Shown: piece after piece, positions 1 through 16,767 of the stretch
How the letters are laid out: each line of letters begins with the position of its first letter
Numbering within the stretch: the stretch's first letter is position 1
Assembly: GCF_009914755.1 (NCBI RefSeq)
Contig: NC_060925.1
From: the human T2T-CHM13v2.0 reference genome, Homo sapiens
DNA length: 64,000 nt
Reading direction: 5' to 3' (one strand)
Notes under the pieces: generated by a model
Told to the model about the DNA's origin: nothing
Seen by the model: the letters and a program-made list of their open reading frames with translations, nothing else
Databases searched by the model: none
Position numbers and translations under genes: made by a program

Positions 1-25
1 CACTCCGGCCGCCCCTCCGCCTCAC

Positions 26-230
26 TCTCGGCTCAGGCTCGGCGCCGCCATGTTGGATCCATCCGCGCCGCTCTCCCGGGCCTGCCTCACGGCGCCGCAT
101 CCGGGCTCCAGCAGCCGCCGCCGCCGCCGCCGCCGCGGCCGTGGGGGAGGGGACAGGCGGGCGGGGGTGGCTGCATCCTGAACGGCGCCTCCCGGAACCC
201 GGCCGGTTAGTGGCGGCTTCGAGGCCATAG
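26..230 (-). other. DEDD: DEDD non-coding first exon (5' UTR) in a CpG island; the rest of the gene lies outside the window to the left
   Basis: CpG-rich start of window. Minus-strand donor GA|GTGAG at 25-21. (GCC)7 tract and YY1 motif. Identity comes from the known order DEDD-UFC1-USP21-PPOX-B4GALT3-ADAMTS4, not from coding sequence. The TSS end is approximate. Confidence 0.7.
114..136. repeat. (GCC)7 / (CGG)n trinucleotide repeat in DEDD exon 1
   Basis: gccgccgccgccgccgccgccgc read directly. Confidence 0.95.
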
Positions 231-1455
231 TGAGACATGAGCCGGAGTAGCCATAGTAAGTGAGGGCAGCCTGGCAGCGGCATTAATCGGGGAGTGGATA
301 GCTTCACTTCGGGAGGAGAGATAGAGATTGGCAGCCATCTTGCTTTGGGGCAAGCTGGCAACGCCGGTTTGTCTTGACGGCTGCTTAGGGCGGTAATAAG
401 GGATCGAAGAGGATAGCATTCTTGAATGGGAAACATTGGTGGCGCCACAGCTGGCTGGTGGCGACTTCAAGACCCACTGGAAGGCTGGGATTGGCAGCCA
501 TGACTCATAAGGGCGGAATACCACGGGGATCGGTTTGTCTGGCGAACTTGAGTGAAGGGTCAAGATCTGGATTTCACCTTTCCTCTGAGCTTCCTGATAA
601 CCCGGACGTTCCGTAAACCCGGATCCGGAGCCGAAAGTGGTGCCCAGATCCCGTCTCGGAATTCATTTGTTCAGCATTTACCTTTTGAACGCCGGTTTCC
701 TGTAGGAAGTGTCGCCTAGCTGATCCGTGTAGGGCTGTTGGGAATTGGGGGTGGGGAGGATGGTGCGGGTACGTTCTGGTGTGGCTTAAGAAAGTGGTAA
801 TAGATAGGGGAAGACCAGATTATGCGAAGCCTTGTAAATTAATTGATTTTTATCCTTAAGGCAATGAAAAGTCTTTGAAGAATCTCAGCAGAGGTGTGAA
901 CAATTTCATTTGCATTTTAGATCGCTGCGTGCAGTGTGAAGGATGAATTGAGGGGACGAAGTGAGAATCAAGGAGAGCAGTTGTGAGGCTCTTTTCCAGG
1001 CAAGGATGATGATGGTCTGCCTGTGGAAGGGAGAGTGCGGATGGGGAGATACAGATTGGTTTAAGAGGTACGAATGTTGTGACTTGGACAACTGGGGAAT
1101 AATGATACCAGTTTCTTTCTCGTTTAGGGGGGAGAGAATGAGTTTTAGGTGCCCCTGGGATATTAGCTAATGTGGGTTGGGAACTCAAAAGAAAGGTTTG
1201 AGGTGTGTGTGCGTGTGCATATAGATAGCTGTTGAAGCCATGAAGTGGGCTGGAGAGGATACCTGCATTTGCGGGATAGGATGAGGGAAGCCGAAAAGAG
1301 AACACTGAGAAGGGGCAAACCGAAAGGAAAGAAGAAAACCATAGAGAACTATCAAGGAAACTGGTGAAAGCGTTTAGTGTAACAGAGATATAGTAAAATG
1401 CTAACTAAAATATATACATCAGGGCCGGGCATGGTGACTCACACCTGTAATCCTA

Positions 1456-1740
<285 letters not shown>

Positions 1741-1820
1741 TCACTCCTGTAATCCCAGCACTTTGGGAGGCCATGGCGGGCAGATCACCTGATGTCAGGA
1801 GCTGGAGACCAGCCTGATCA

Positions 1821-2105
<285 letters not shown>

Positions 2106-5063
2106 CTAGGCAGGTGAATCACTTAAGACCAGGAGCTGGAGACCAGTGTGGCCAACATGGCAAGACCCCATCTTTACAAAAAATACAAAAATTAGCTGGG
2201 CATGGTGGTGCGCACCTGTGATCGCAGGTACTCCAGAGGCTGAAACATGATAATCACTTGAACCCAGGAGGCGGAGGTTGCAGTGAGTCAAGATTGCACC
2301 ACTGCACTCTCGGCAACAGAACAAGACTTTGGTTTTTTTGTAAATAAAACAAATAAATAAAAAGGCCAGGTGTGGTAGCTCACACCTGTAATCCCAGCAC
2401 TTTGGGGACCGAGGTGGGCCGATCACCTGAGGTCAGGAGTTCGAGACCAGCCTGGACAACATGGTGGAACTCCCATCTCTACTAAAAATACACAAATTAG
2501 CCAGACATGGTGTCGGGCACCTGTAATCCCAGCTACTTGGGAGGCTGAGGTGGGAGAATCGCTTGAACCCAGGAGGCGGAGGTACAGTGAGCCGAAATTG
2601 CACAATTGCACTCCAGTGAGACTCTGTCCCCCCAAAAAAGATACTGCAACAAGGAGGTCATTTAGGAAATTTGGAGAAAGCTGTTTTGTAGTTATGGTGG
2701 ATAGAAACCAGATTGAATTGAGAAGGCACAACGTATAAAGACAGTTTTTTCATGGTGTTGATGTAAAAAGGAGACTAGTGGTAGGGTGTTGCAGGAGGGA
2801 GAATTCCAAAGAAGGTGAAGAAGTTTTAGGTACCTGTGAGATAGCTAGATAGATATGTCCTAGTGGCATGTTTAATACACAGATCTAAAACTTAAGAGAA
2901 AAATATAAGTGGAGAAAAAAAGCAAGCACAGAATAAATATGACACATTTACACATGCATTAAAAAATTATGAAGAGTGGGCCTAGGAGGGATAAGACTTA
3001 TACTTTTCATTTTACATCTATCTTTATTGCTTGAAATTATTTTATTATGCACATATTATTTTACAGAAAGCTACTTTTTTTTTTTCTTTTTTGAGACAGT
3101 CTCGCTCTGTCACCCAGGCTGGAGTGCAGTGGCACATCTCAGCTCATTGCAACCTCTGATTCCCAGGTTCAAGCAATTCTCCTGCCTCAGCCTCTTGAGT
3201 AGCTGGGACTACAGGTGCACGCCACCATGCCTGGCTAATTTTTTGTATTTTTAGTAGAGACGGGGTTTCGTTATGTTGGCCAGGCTGGTCTCAAACTCTT
3301 GACCTCGTGATCCACTCTCCTCGGCCTCCTAAAGTGCTGGGATTACAGGCGTGAGCCATGGTACCTGGCCAGAAAACTACTTTTTAGAAAGCCCTGTGAT
3401 ATATAGGCCAGAAATTCTGAAACATCAACATTTCGGTGGTAGTTGAAGCCATAGATTTGGATAAGCTCCCCAGAAAAGAGCAGAGGGCTAAGAAGAGTGC
3501 TCTCGGAAATTCCAACATTTAAGGCACAAGTAGAAAAAGAGCTCTTGGAGAATCTTTGAAAAGGAACAGCGAGTGAAGAAGAAGAAAACCTGGGAGATAA
3601 TTGTCACAGAATCAAAGGGAAGAGTATTTCAAGGGGGTGGATGTTGAAAGTGTCAGATGTCCCCACAGAGGCAGCTGATAGGAAAGGTGCTCTTACCTCT
3701 GAACCTAGGTTTCTTGGAAGCTTGGCACAAGAGTCAAATCCAGATCTTGAACCTTTCCCCAAGTATCACTGGGCAGTACAACCCCCAGGCTATTCTGCCC
3801 TTATGCATCATGGCTGCCAGTCCCAGTCTTTCAGTGAGTCTTCAAGTCAACACCAGCCAGTGCTGGCACCATCAATCTTACTACACTTAATAATGATACC
3901 CTGGCTGGGTGTGGTGGCTCACACCTGTAATCCCAATACTTTGGCCAGGAGTTCAAGATCAGCCTGGGCAACATAGTGAGAGACCCCATTTCTACAAAAT
4001 TTTTTTTTAATTAGGTGGGTGTGCACTTGCCTGTAGTCCCAGCTATGTGGGAGGCTGAGGTGGGAGGATCACCTGAGACTGAGGAGTTTGAGGTTGCAGT
4101 GAGTCCTGATGGCACCATTGCACTCCAACCTGAGTGACATAGCGAGACCCTGTTTCAAAAAAAAAGAAGAAGAATGCTACCCTCTCCCAGTCCTTACTAT
4201 GGCCCTGAAGCTGCCATCAACAAAAACCTGTTTTTCTAGAAATGGTGAAATTAAGGAATTGAAAGTGGGAGTATTCGTTGGAGTTGGAGGTCAGGAACTA
4301 ACTGTATTTTTCATGGGTTTTTGTAAAACCTCCCAGGATGATAGTAAGAGTTGGCACAAAAAGAGGTTAATAGGTGCTGAAGGCTGGGTTTGGAGGATCA
4401 CTTGAGCCCAGGAGTTTGAGGCTGCAGTGAGCTATGATTATGCCACTGCACTACAAAAAGAAAAAGAAAAAAAAAAGGTGTTAAAGGGCAGTAAAGCCAG
4501 ATGGCATAAGCTTCAAAGGGAGAAGAATTTTTGCAAGAGGATGGAAGCACAGTGGTCTAAAAGTAGCAGTGGGTAGCAAAGAGAAAGCTGATACCTTGCC
4601 ACGCCTTCCTACAGGAGCAAGAATAAACAGCCTGTAGAAGGTTGAAGGGAAAAGGTGTTCATTAATTGGGGAAAGTAAAAAATTTCTACCTCACCTCTGA
4701 CCATTTTTTCCTCTATACCCACTGGAACACTTTTCTTTTGTAAACAATCTCCCTTATGTATTCATTGTCTTCGTAGATTGCTCCTTAGCTTTTCCTAGAG
4801 GAATAGCCATCAGGACAGAGGTAGCTGTGATGTGTGGAATGCAGATGTAATCCACATAAGCCCGCAAAAAAGGCAGACACAGGCACTACTTCTTAAAGGA
4901 GAATAATATTCTCCCTCCGTATCCATATTCTGAAGTGGTTTGACACTCAGTAGTCTTGGCACCATGATGGTAATTCCTTTCCATGAACCCACCTCTCCTC
5001 TCCAAACCTAACCCAATTCCATTCAGAGGATTAGAGAAAGCTGAGGATTGCCTTTTCTAGTCA

Positions 5064-5201
<138 letters not shown>

Positions 5202-7607
5202 TCACTTGAGGTCAGGAGTTCGAGACCAGCCTGGCCAACATGTTGAAACGCCATCTCTACTAAAAAATAAACAAATTAGCTGGGTGTGGTGGCATGCACT
5301 TGTAATCCCAGCTACTCGGGAGTCTGAGGCAGGAGAATTGCTTGAACCTGAGAGGTGGAAGTTGCAGTAAGCCAAGATCACGCCACTGTACTCCAGCCTG
5401 GGCAACAGAATTGAACTCTGTCTCAAAAAAAAAGAATGGAAAGGTGAAGGAAGGGCTGAGATTTGCCTTCATTAGGCCTTCCAAAGTAATCTGTCTTCCC
5501 CTGCAGGACTCACAGAACTCAGTTCTTTTCCCTGGGGCCAGACTTCAATGACCAAATTTTCCAAATTCCAAACATTGGGACAGTTGCCTGGCCAGCTGTT
5601 CCTAAACTAGTCAGTTTATTTGGAGGGATATTTTCTGCTTGGGGAGCCCTGGAAGTTCACTCTTTCAACATGAAGTCCTAAGATCGTAACGCCAACAAAG
5701 AGAGCTGTGCAGATTTCCTGAGCTAAGCCAAAGGGACCTCCTGTGTAGAGATGGGCACCCTCATGTCCATCACTGAGAAAAAAATATTTCAAACAGTTTA
5801 GAGTTTTTTGTTAGCTATAGCTAGACTGCTGTTCCTCCTTAGCTTAAACTATACATCATCTGTACAGTTAAAACAAAAACTTCATCTCTTGCCTTATGAA
5901 CCACCCTCTCCTTAATTCAACTAAAAACTTGGGGGAACTTCCTCTGAGAAGATTGAGAACCCTGTGTAGAATTCTCTTGCGGAAGTCCTCTGCTTGTTAT
6001 GTTTCTTCCTTTACATTAGTTCCTGTCTCTTCCTCAGCTGAGAAAACATCCCTCCAGCTTTCAAAGACTGGCCCCTTCAGCTCTATCCTGATGCCCATCC
6101 TTTTCTACTTATCAAAACACTACTCCCACAGTTACCTCTTCCTTCACTGGAATCTGTAACCTGGAACCCTTCAGCTATCCACAGGCTCACATTTCCACTG
6201 TGTCCTTAACTGTAGTTTTCAACTCCCTGTAATTCTCAGTAATTAGAAAGGCCTTTTTACTATCCTTAGATAAATCTCTTTGTAACTTCCATGTATTGGT
6301 TCTGTTTTTTCTCTCTGGGTCAACACATCATAGCCACATGTCCCTACTAAATATTTTTTTACAAGTCAGTGGTAGTACCAGTTTAGAGTAAAGCAGATCT
6401 GTTCTCTTTCTTGATCTGAATACTCTATTAAGGCTGCTTGTCCTAGTCCATGTTCCTTCCCAGGTCTGCCAGATTAATCTTTTCAAACCAGATATTCCCT
6501 TAAGAAGTCTCTATCTTGCTAGCACTAGCCCCTTGTCACAAGTATCCTCTTGACTCTTCCAGGGCCACTCGGATCCCTGTGTCCCTACCAGGGCTTTACT
6601 CTTCTGCTTTACTCTGCAGGGACTTGCTGACCTGATGATCTGCTCTATTCTTGGTTTCCTATTAACTCTAAGCTGCCCCAGTTACTCATTTTCATCCAGG
6701 CATTATACTACTGGCTCCTCCTAATTTCAGTTCAGCTTGGAACCTAGCTCTAAGTCCAGAACTAGAATTTATTGCAGTTCTGGCTTCTATGGCTCCCGAA
6801 TAAAAGAGTAGGGACCTCGGCCACACATGGTGGCTCATACCTGCAGTCCCAGGACTTTGAGAGGCTGAGGCGGGTGGATTGCTTGAGTCCAGGAGTTCAA
6901 GACCAGCCTGGGTAACATGGCCAAACCCTGTCTCTACAGAAAAAAATACAAAAATTAGGCATGGTGGCATGTGCTTATAGTTCCAGCTACTCAGAAGGCT
7001 GAGGTGGAAGGATCACTTGAGCCTGGAAAGCCGAGGTTGCAGTGAGCCAAGATCGCACCACTGCACTCCAACCTGGGTGACAGAGCCAGACCCTGCTGCC
7101 TCAAAAAAAAAAAAGAAAAAGAAAAAAGGAGTAGGGACCACAATCAGTTGCTGAATCCTAGTGATCTGCTGTTCAAGTCGCCTCAACCTGTTCCCTTTTC
7201 TTCATTCCCCAGCTCTGACCCTCACTAATATGACAGGCAAGTTCCTTAACTTCTCTAAACTTGTTTTCTTATCTGTGAAAGAAATATAACATCCACCTTA
7301 CAGATCATTGTTTTAATGATTATATTAAATGATGTATAGAAAGTGTTGCACAGGGCCTAGTGCTGGATAAATGTTACCTAATATTTATTATTGTATTATA
7401 TATAACAAGTTTCACCAGGTTTCAGAAATTCAGCAGGCTCTTTATCAATGACTCTTTGCTGCCCCCATGGGGATGACTTTTTCCAAGTCATTGGTTATTC
7501 CAAAGACCGTAACATAAAACAACCCTGTCTCACCAATCCCACCAGTTAATTAGAGAATTAACCAATTTTTCTTTGGGTGGTTGTTCAATTAAGTAAAAAT
7601 GCTCTTA

Positions 7608-7921
<314 letters not shown>

Positions 7922-8454
7922 TCAAAAAAAAATTTTTTTTTAAATAAATAAATAACAATAGGCCGGGCGCAGTGGCTAACGCCTGTAACCCCAGCACTTT
8001 GGGAGGCCGAGGCGGGCAGATCACGAGGTCAGGTGATCAAGACCATCCTGGCTAACAAGGTGAAACCCCATCTCTACTAAAAACACAAAAATTAGCGGGG
8101 CGTGGTGGCGGGCGCCTGTAGTCCCAGCTACTCAGGAGGCTGAGGCAGGAGAATGGCATGAACCCAGGAGGCAGAGCTTGCAGTGAGCCGAGATCGCACA
8201 ACTGCACTCCAGCCTGGGCAACAGAGCAAGACTCTGTCTCAAAAATAAATAAATTAAATAAATAAATAAATAAACAATAATAAGGTTATCAAAAGGTTGA
8301 AAGTAAAATTATAGGAAAAGATAAGCTATGCAACATAAACCAAAAGAAGCTTATGTTAAAATCAGACACAGTTGACTTGAAGGCAAAAAGCATTACTAGA
8401 AATAAGGACATTTTATACCAATAAGTTTAATTCACCAGGAAGTTAAAAAATAAA

Positions 8455-8810
8455 TTTATTTATTTATTTATTTATTTATTTATTTTAGACAAACAGCTTT
8501 ATTTGAAAGACGGGGGACAGCCAAGTCCCCCTGACCCTGCGGTCCTGGCAACGTCGGTCTCAGGCGTAGGAGGACCAGTGTCCTGCGGAGAGAAAAATAG
8601 GGTTAGGGGTCTGCAGCCGGGGTCAGGAGTCAGGGGTCAGACCACGCGAGCAGCCACACCCGGGGGAGGCCGCGGCCCCTGTCGGGGCCTGGGTTTCACC
8701 GTCGCACATGGCGGCAGCACGCGGTGAGCTGAGGCCCCCGGAGGCTCTTGCGCGCCGAATTTCACCCGCGGCCACGGCCAAAACCGGGGGTGATTTTCAA
8801 CCAACGCCGG
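8455..8810 (-). pseudogene. Retrocopy of SNORA78 (ACA64) plus the downstream SNHG9 intron remainder and last exon, with poly(A) tail
   Basis: Minus strand reads GTTGGTTGAAAATCACCCCCGG...GGTGAAACCCAGGCCCCGACAGGG (recalled SNORA78-like), then branch point CCCTAAC, TTTTTCTCTCCGCAG|GACACTGGTCCTCC (recalled SNHG9 last exon), AATAAA (8503-8498), and an A-tail decayed to (TAAA)n. Confidence 0.8.
8677..8805 (-). ncRNA. H/ACA snoRNA-like copy (SNORA78/ACA64 family); functionality unknown
   Basis: ~129 nt, GC-rich, ACA box at 8682-8680 three nt from the predicted 3' end. Similar to recalled SNORA78. H box not confidently located. Confidence 0.65.
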
Positions 8811-9276
8811 AAAACATTTCTAAATTTGTATGCACTTAACAAAACCTCAAATAATATACAGCACCGAGCTACAAGGAAAAATAGACAAGTTCACAATCAT
8901 CGTAGGAGATTTAGCACACCTCTCTCAATTAATAGAGTATACTTCTTTCAGAACTGATAGAAAAAGTCAGGGCCAGGTGCAGTAGCTGATGCCTGTAATC
9001 CCAGCACTTTGGGAGGCTGAGATGGGAGGATTGCATGAGGCTGGAGTTCAAGACCAGCCTGGGCAGCATAGGGAGACCCTCATTTCTACAAAAAAAAAAA
9101 AATTAGGGGCGGGCGCGGTGGGTAACGCCTGTAATTCCCAACACTTTGGGAGGCCGGGGCGGGCCTGAGTTCAGGAATTCGAGACCAGCCTGGCCAACAT
9201 GGCGAAACCCCGTCTCTACTAAAAGTACAAAAATTAGCTGGGTGTGGTGGCGGGCACCTGTAATCCCAGCTACTCA

Positions 9277-9381
<105 letters not shown>

Positions 9382-10333
9382 TCAAAAAAAAAAAAAAATA
9401 TGCTGAGCATGGTTGTGCATGCCTATAGTCCCAGCTACCCAGGAGGCTGAGGTGGGACGATTACATGACCCCAGGAGGTTGAGGCTGCAGTGAGCTATGA
9501 TGGCACCACTGTACTTCAACCTGAGAGACAAAATGAGACCAACTCTTTCTCTAAAAAAAAAAAAAAAAAAAAAAAAGAGAAAGAATAAGAAAAAATCAGC
9601 AAGGATATAGGAAATTTAAATAACACGAGCAGTAAATTTGATTCAACAAGCGTATAGAGTCCACTATACCCAACGACTTCAAATTACAAAGCACATGTTC
9701 AAGCACATTTGGAACATTTAAGAAACTGACCAGATTGTTCTATAAAGCAAGTTTCAACAAATTTCAAAGGCTTCAAATGATGCAAAGTATGTTTCTTGCC
9801 TACATTACAGTGAGGCTAGAATCAGTAACAAAAAGGTAACTGGGAAGTCCCTATGTTTACAAGTTAAATACAGCCGGGCACAATGACACATGCCTGCAGT
9901 CCCAGCTACTTGGAGGCCAGAGGATCCCTTGATTCCAGGAGTTTAAGGCTGTAGTGTGCTGAATACATTTTTAAATGACCCACAAAATAAATCACAATTG
10001 GAGTTAGAAAATATTTTGACCTGAGTGATAATTTAAAATGTCACAAAGCATTCCGGGCACCATGGCTCAAACCTTTAATCCCAGCACTTTGGGAGACTGA
10101 GGCAGGTGGATTGCTTGAGGTCAGGAGTTGGAGACTAGCCTGACCAAATGGTGAAACCCCATCTCTACTAAAAATACAAAAACTTAGCCGGGCGTGGTGG
10201 TGGGCACCTGTAGTCCCAGCTACTCAGGAGGCTGAGGCGAGATAGTCACTTGAACCTGGGAGGTGGAAGTTTCAGTGAGCCGAGATTGCGCCACTGCACT
10301 CCAGCCTGGGTGACAGAGCGAGATTCTGTCTTA

Positions 10334-10761
<428 letters not shown>

Positions 10762-11092
10762 TCAGTGCTTTGGAAGGCCAAGGAAGAAGGATTGCCTGAG
10801 GCCAGGAGTTTGAGACCAGCCTGGGCCACATAGGGAGACCCCTGTCTCTTTTAAAATAAGTAAGTTAATAAATAAATAAAAATTTTAGGATGAAAGAAAA
10901 GCTGAGAATTTGTGAGTTCTGCATCCATCTCAAGAACCTAGAACAGTGAATTACACTGAAAGGATTTAGAAGATTGGAAATGTGTACATAGAGATGTCTG
11001 GAAGAATATATACCTAAAATGATAGTGGCTTTTTAAAATCTCTTGGGGTGGTATTTTTGGGTTAATTTTATTTTTCTCTATTGTTCAAATAA

Positions 11093-11455
<363 letters not shown>

Positions 11456-11736
11456 TAAAAAATAATCGAGACTGCTGTTATGGTGACACCACCACGAGAA
11501 GCTACAAGCAAAATACTGATAACCTCATATGTGAAAATTTTTCATATTGTTTAAAATATTATGAACAAAAGAAAAGACAAATAACAAACTGGGAAAAATA
11601 TTTACAACTCATCACAAATGGCTAATCCTTTTAATGTTAATATTTAAAAAAAAATACAAATCAGGTCAGGCACAGTGGCTCATGCCTGTAATCCCAGTAC
11701 TTTGGGAGGCTGAGGTGAGAGGATCACCTGAAGTCA

Positions 11737-12647
<911 letters not shown>

Positions 12648-12681
12648 TCACAAGGTCAGGAGATCGAGACTATTCTGGCTA

Positions 12682-13045
<364 letters not shown>

Positions 13046-13683
13046 CTATCTCTAAAATAAATGAATAATAATGAAATATTGTACAGAACAGGAAATACAA
13101 ATGGAGACTAAACATCTGAAAAGATAGTAGGCCAGGTGCAGTGGCTCATGCCTGTAATCTCAGCACTTTGGGAGGCTGAGGTGGGCAGATTGCTTGAGCT
13201 CAGGAGTTCGAGACCAGCCTGGGCAACGTGGCATGAAACTCCGTCTCTACAAAAATATACAAAAATTAGCTGAGCATGGTGGCATGTGCCTGCTGTAGTC
13301 CCAGCTACTCGGGAGGCTGAGGTGAAAGGATCACTTGAGCCCAGGAGGCAGAGGTTTCAGTGAGCTGAGATTGCACCACTGCACTCCATCCTGGGTGACA
13401 AGAGCAAAACTCTGAAACATAGGTTTCACCGTATATTCTTTTGTCCTTTTTAAATTTGGGGCAAGTGCATGTATTATCTATTCAGAAGTAAATATTTTAA
13501 AATCAAATGTATGTAAAAGTTTGTTCGCATTTTATCATATTTGTGCTTTCCCTGCTCTCTCCTTGCCTGCATGTTTAATGTATTCATCCTAAGAGTTCCA
13601 GTTCAAAGGCCATCAGCCATATCTGATTCTCTCAGGCATAGTTACTCAGACAGTACTTTGTATATCTCCAGAATAGGTATTTC

Positions 13684-13685
<2 letters not shown>

Positions 13686-13714
<29 letters not shown>

Positions 13715-13853
13715 ACTTTAAGTTTTAGGGTACATGTGCACAATATGCAGGTTAGTTACATATGTATACATGTGCCATGCTGATGTGCTGCACCCACTAA
13801 CTCATCATCTAGCATTAGGTATATCTCCCAATGCTATCCCTCCCCCCTCCCCC
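13686..13853 (-). mobile_element. 5'-truncated young L1PA (L1PA2-like) 3' end with (TAA)n tail
   Basis: Reverse complement GGGGAGGGGGGAGGGATAGCATTGGGAGATATACCTAATGCTAGATG...ACTTAAAGTATAATAATAA. Confidence 0.9.
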
Positions 13854-14913
13854 TGGGATTTCTTATTTTATGGTAATTGTCACCATATTAGTTTCTCCTA
13901 CCCAAAGAGGAGGTAGAGATGAAGTCCCATTAATGGTTAAACGCAAAGTCTGTAGTTCCAGAATCCCTAAGGGTGATACCAATACCACAGAAGGTGCTGC
14001 ACATACCTCAGCCCATTCAAGGGAGGGGGGGTTTAGAGTCCCTGCAGTTCTACTGTGCTTAATGGAGAACCACCAGGCTCTCCTTGTGTTTTCAGAAACA
14101 GGTTCATTATTGATCACTGTCTGCCATTTAGGGCCATCAATAGCCCCCTGCTACTGCTCCTAATCGCTCAGATCCCTGCTGCTAATTTTATATTGGCCTA
14201 GCGATGGTAGAAAGGTATATCAATTGGTTAAGTGTGTGACTTCTAGAGCCAGGCTGTGCTTGGATTGAATTCCAGGTCTCTACCATTTAATTGCTGTGTG
14301 ATAGGGCTTTCTTTCATTCAACTTGTACTTCAATTTCTTCACGTGTAAATGAGGATAATGAGAGAACCCACCCCAGGGTTATAACCAGAAATAAAGGAGC
14401 TGATGTTTGTAAAATGTTTAGGACAGTGCCAAACACATAATAAGCACCGTATAAATGTTAGCTTAATATTATAATTCTTTTTACCAAGTGATTCTAAGTG
14501 TGAACCCAGTTTCTCATAGCATAAGAGACCAAGCTACAATTTACCATAATTCTTTGTTGAAGTCTCCAGGATAATTAAAGGTAATAACAAAAGAGAATAA
14601 CTTCCAAAACTTACTGTCCATCTACACTAATCTTCTATAACGTGGCTTCCTCCCTATAGCAGAGCTATCATTTCTTTCACCGTTCTGAGTTATTTTCCAG
14701 CATATTAGAGTCCAGACCAATGCCTTAAAGAACAGAGGAGCCGGGTACAGTGGCTCACACCTGTAATCCCAGCACTTTGGGAGGCCGAGGCGGGTGGATC
14801 ACAAGCTCAGGAGATCGAGACCATCCTGGCTAACACGGTGAAACCCCGTCTCTACTAAAAATACAAAAAATTAGCTGGGCGTGGTGGCAGGTGCCTGTAG
14901 TCTCAGCTACTCA

Positions 14914-15162
<249 letters not shown>

Positions 15163-15700
15163 CTACCTTCAGGGGTTCTCCGATGCACCCAACTGTCCTA
15201 TTGCATTGCCTACATTTCCTAGAATTGAGCTATTTAATCAATCCTTTTCTATTCTTTTTTTTTTTTTTTTGAGATAGAATGTTGCTCTGTTGCTGAGGCT
15301 GGAGTGCAGTAGTGCGATCTCACCTCACTAAAACCTCTGCCTCCTGGGTTCAAGCAATTCACCTGCCTCAGCCTCCAAGTAGCCGGGACTACAGGCACAC
15401 ACCACCACACCCTGCTAATTTTTTGTATTTTAGTAGAGATGGGGTTTCACCATGTTGCCCAGGCTGATCTCAAACTCCTGAGCTCAGGCAATCCACCCAC
15501 CTCGGTCTCCCAAAGTGCTAGGATCACAGGCGTGAGCCACCACGCCTGGCTGAATTCCTTTTTATAACTATTTAAGGATAATTTCCATGAGGACAGGGAG
15601 CCCACCTGCCTATGCACTACTGTATTTCCAATGCCTGGAACATATTAGGAACTCCATAAACATTTGCTCATGAATGAGTTCTTCCTCTGAAAAACAGTGA

Positions 15701-16105
<405 letters not shown>

Positions 16106-16353
16106 TGATCTGCCAGCCTCGGCCTCCCAAAGTGCTGGGATTACAGGCGTGAGCCACCGCGCCCAGCCCCAGTCTTCTCAATTTTAGTTTCTTGTCTCAT
16201 GTGAGCATTACTTAATAGTAAGTTAAATCCATAGTTTAAACATTTCTCTAAAAGAGGCATGTCCTACTGAGATGCAACTATGCCTATAATAGAGGCAGGC
16301 CTATGTTTATAACAGAGACAGTGCTTTGTATTATCATACATTATTATGTGCTA

Positions 16354-16767
<414 letters not shown>

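Larger units (their letters stand above)
1..720. promoter_or_regulatory. CpG-island promoter with YY1 motifs (GCCGCCATGTT 44-54; GCAGCCATCTTG 331-342) and CCAAT boxes (ATTGG)
   Basis: High CpG density and motif matches read directly from the sequence. Confidence 0.75.

Noticed and set aside
856-1305. 149-aa minus-strand ORF
   Set aside because: Lies in decayed L2-like sequence with a GTG start.
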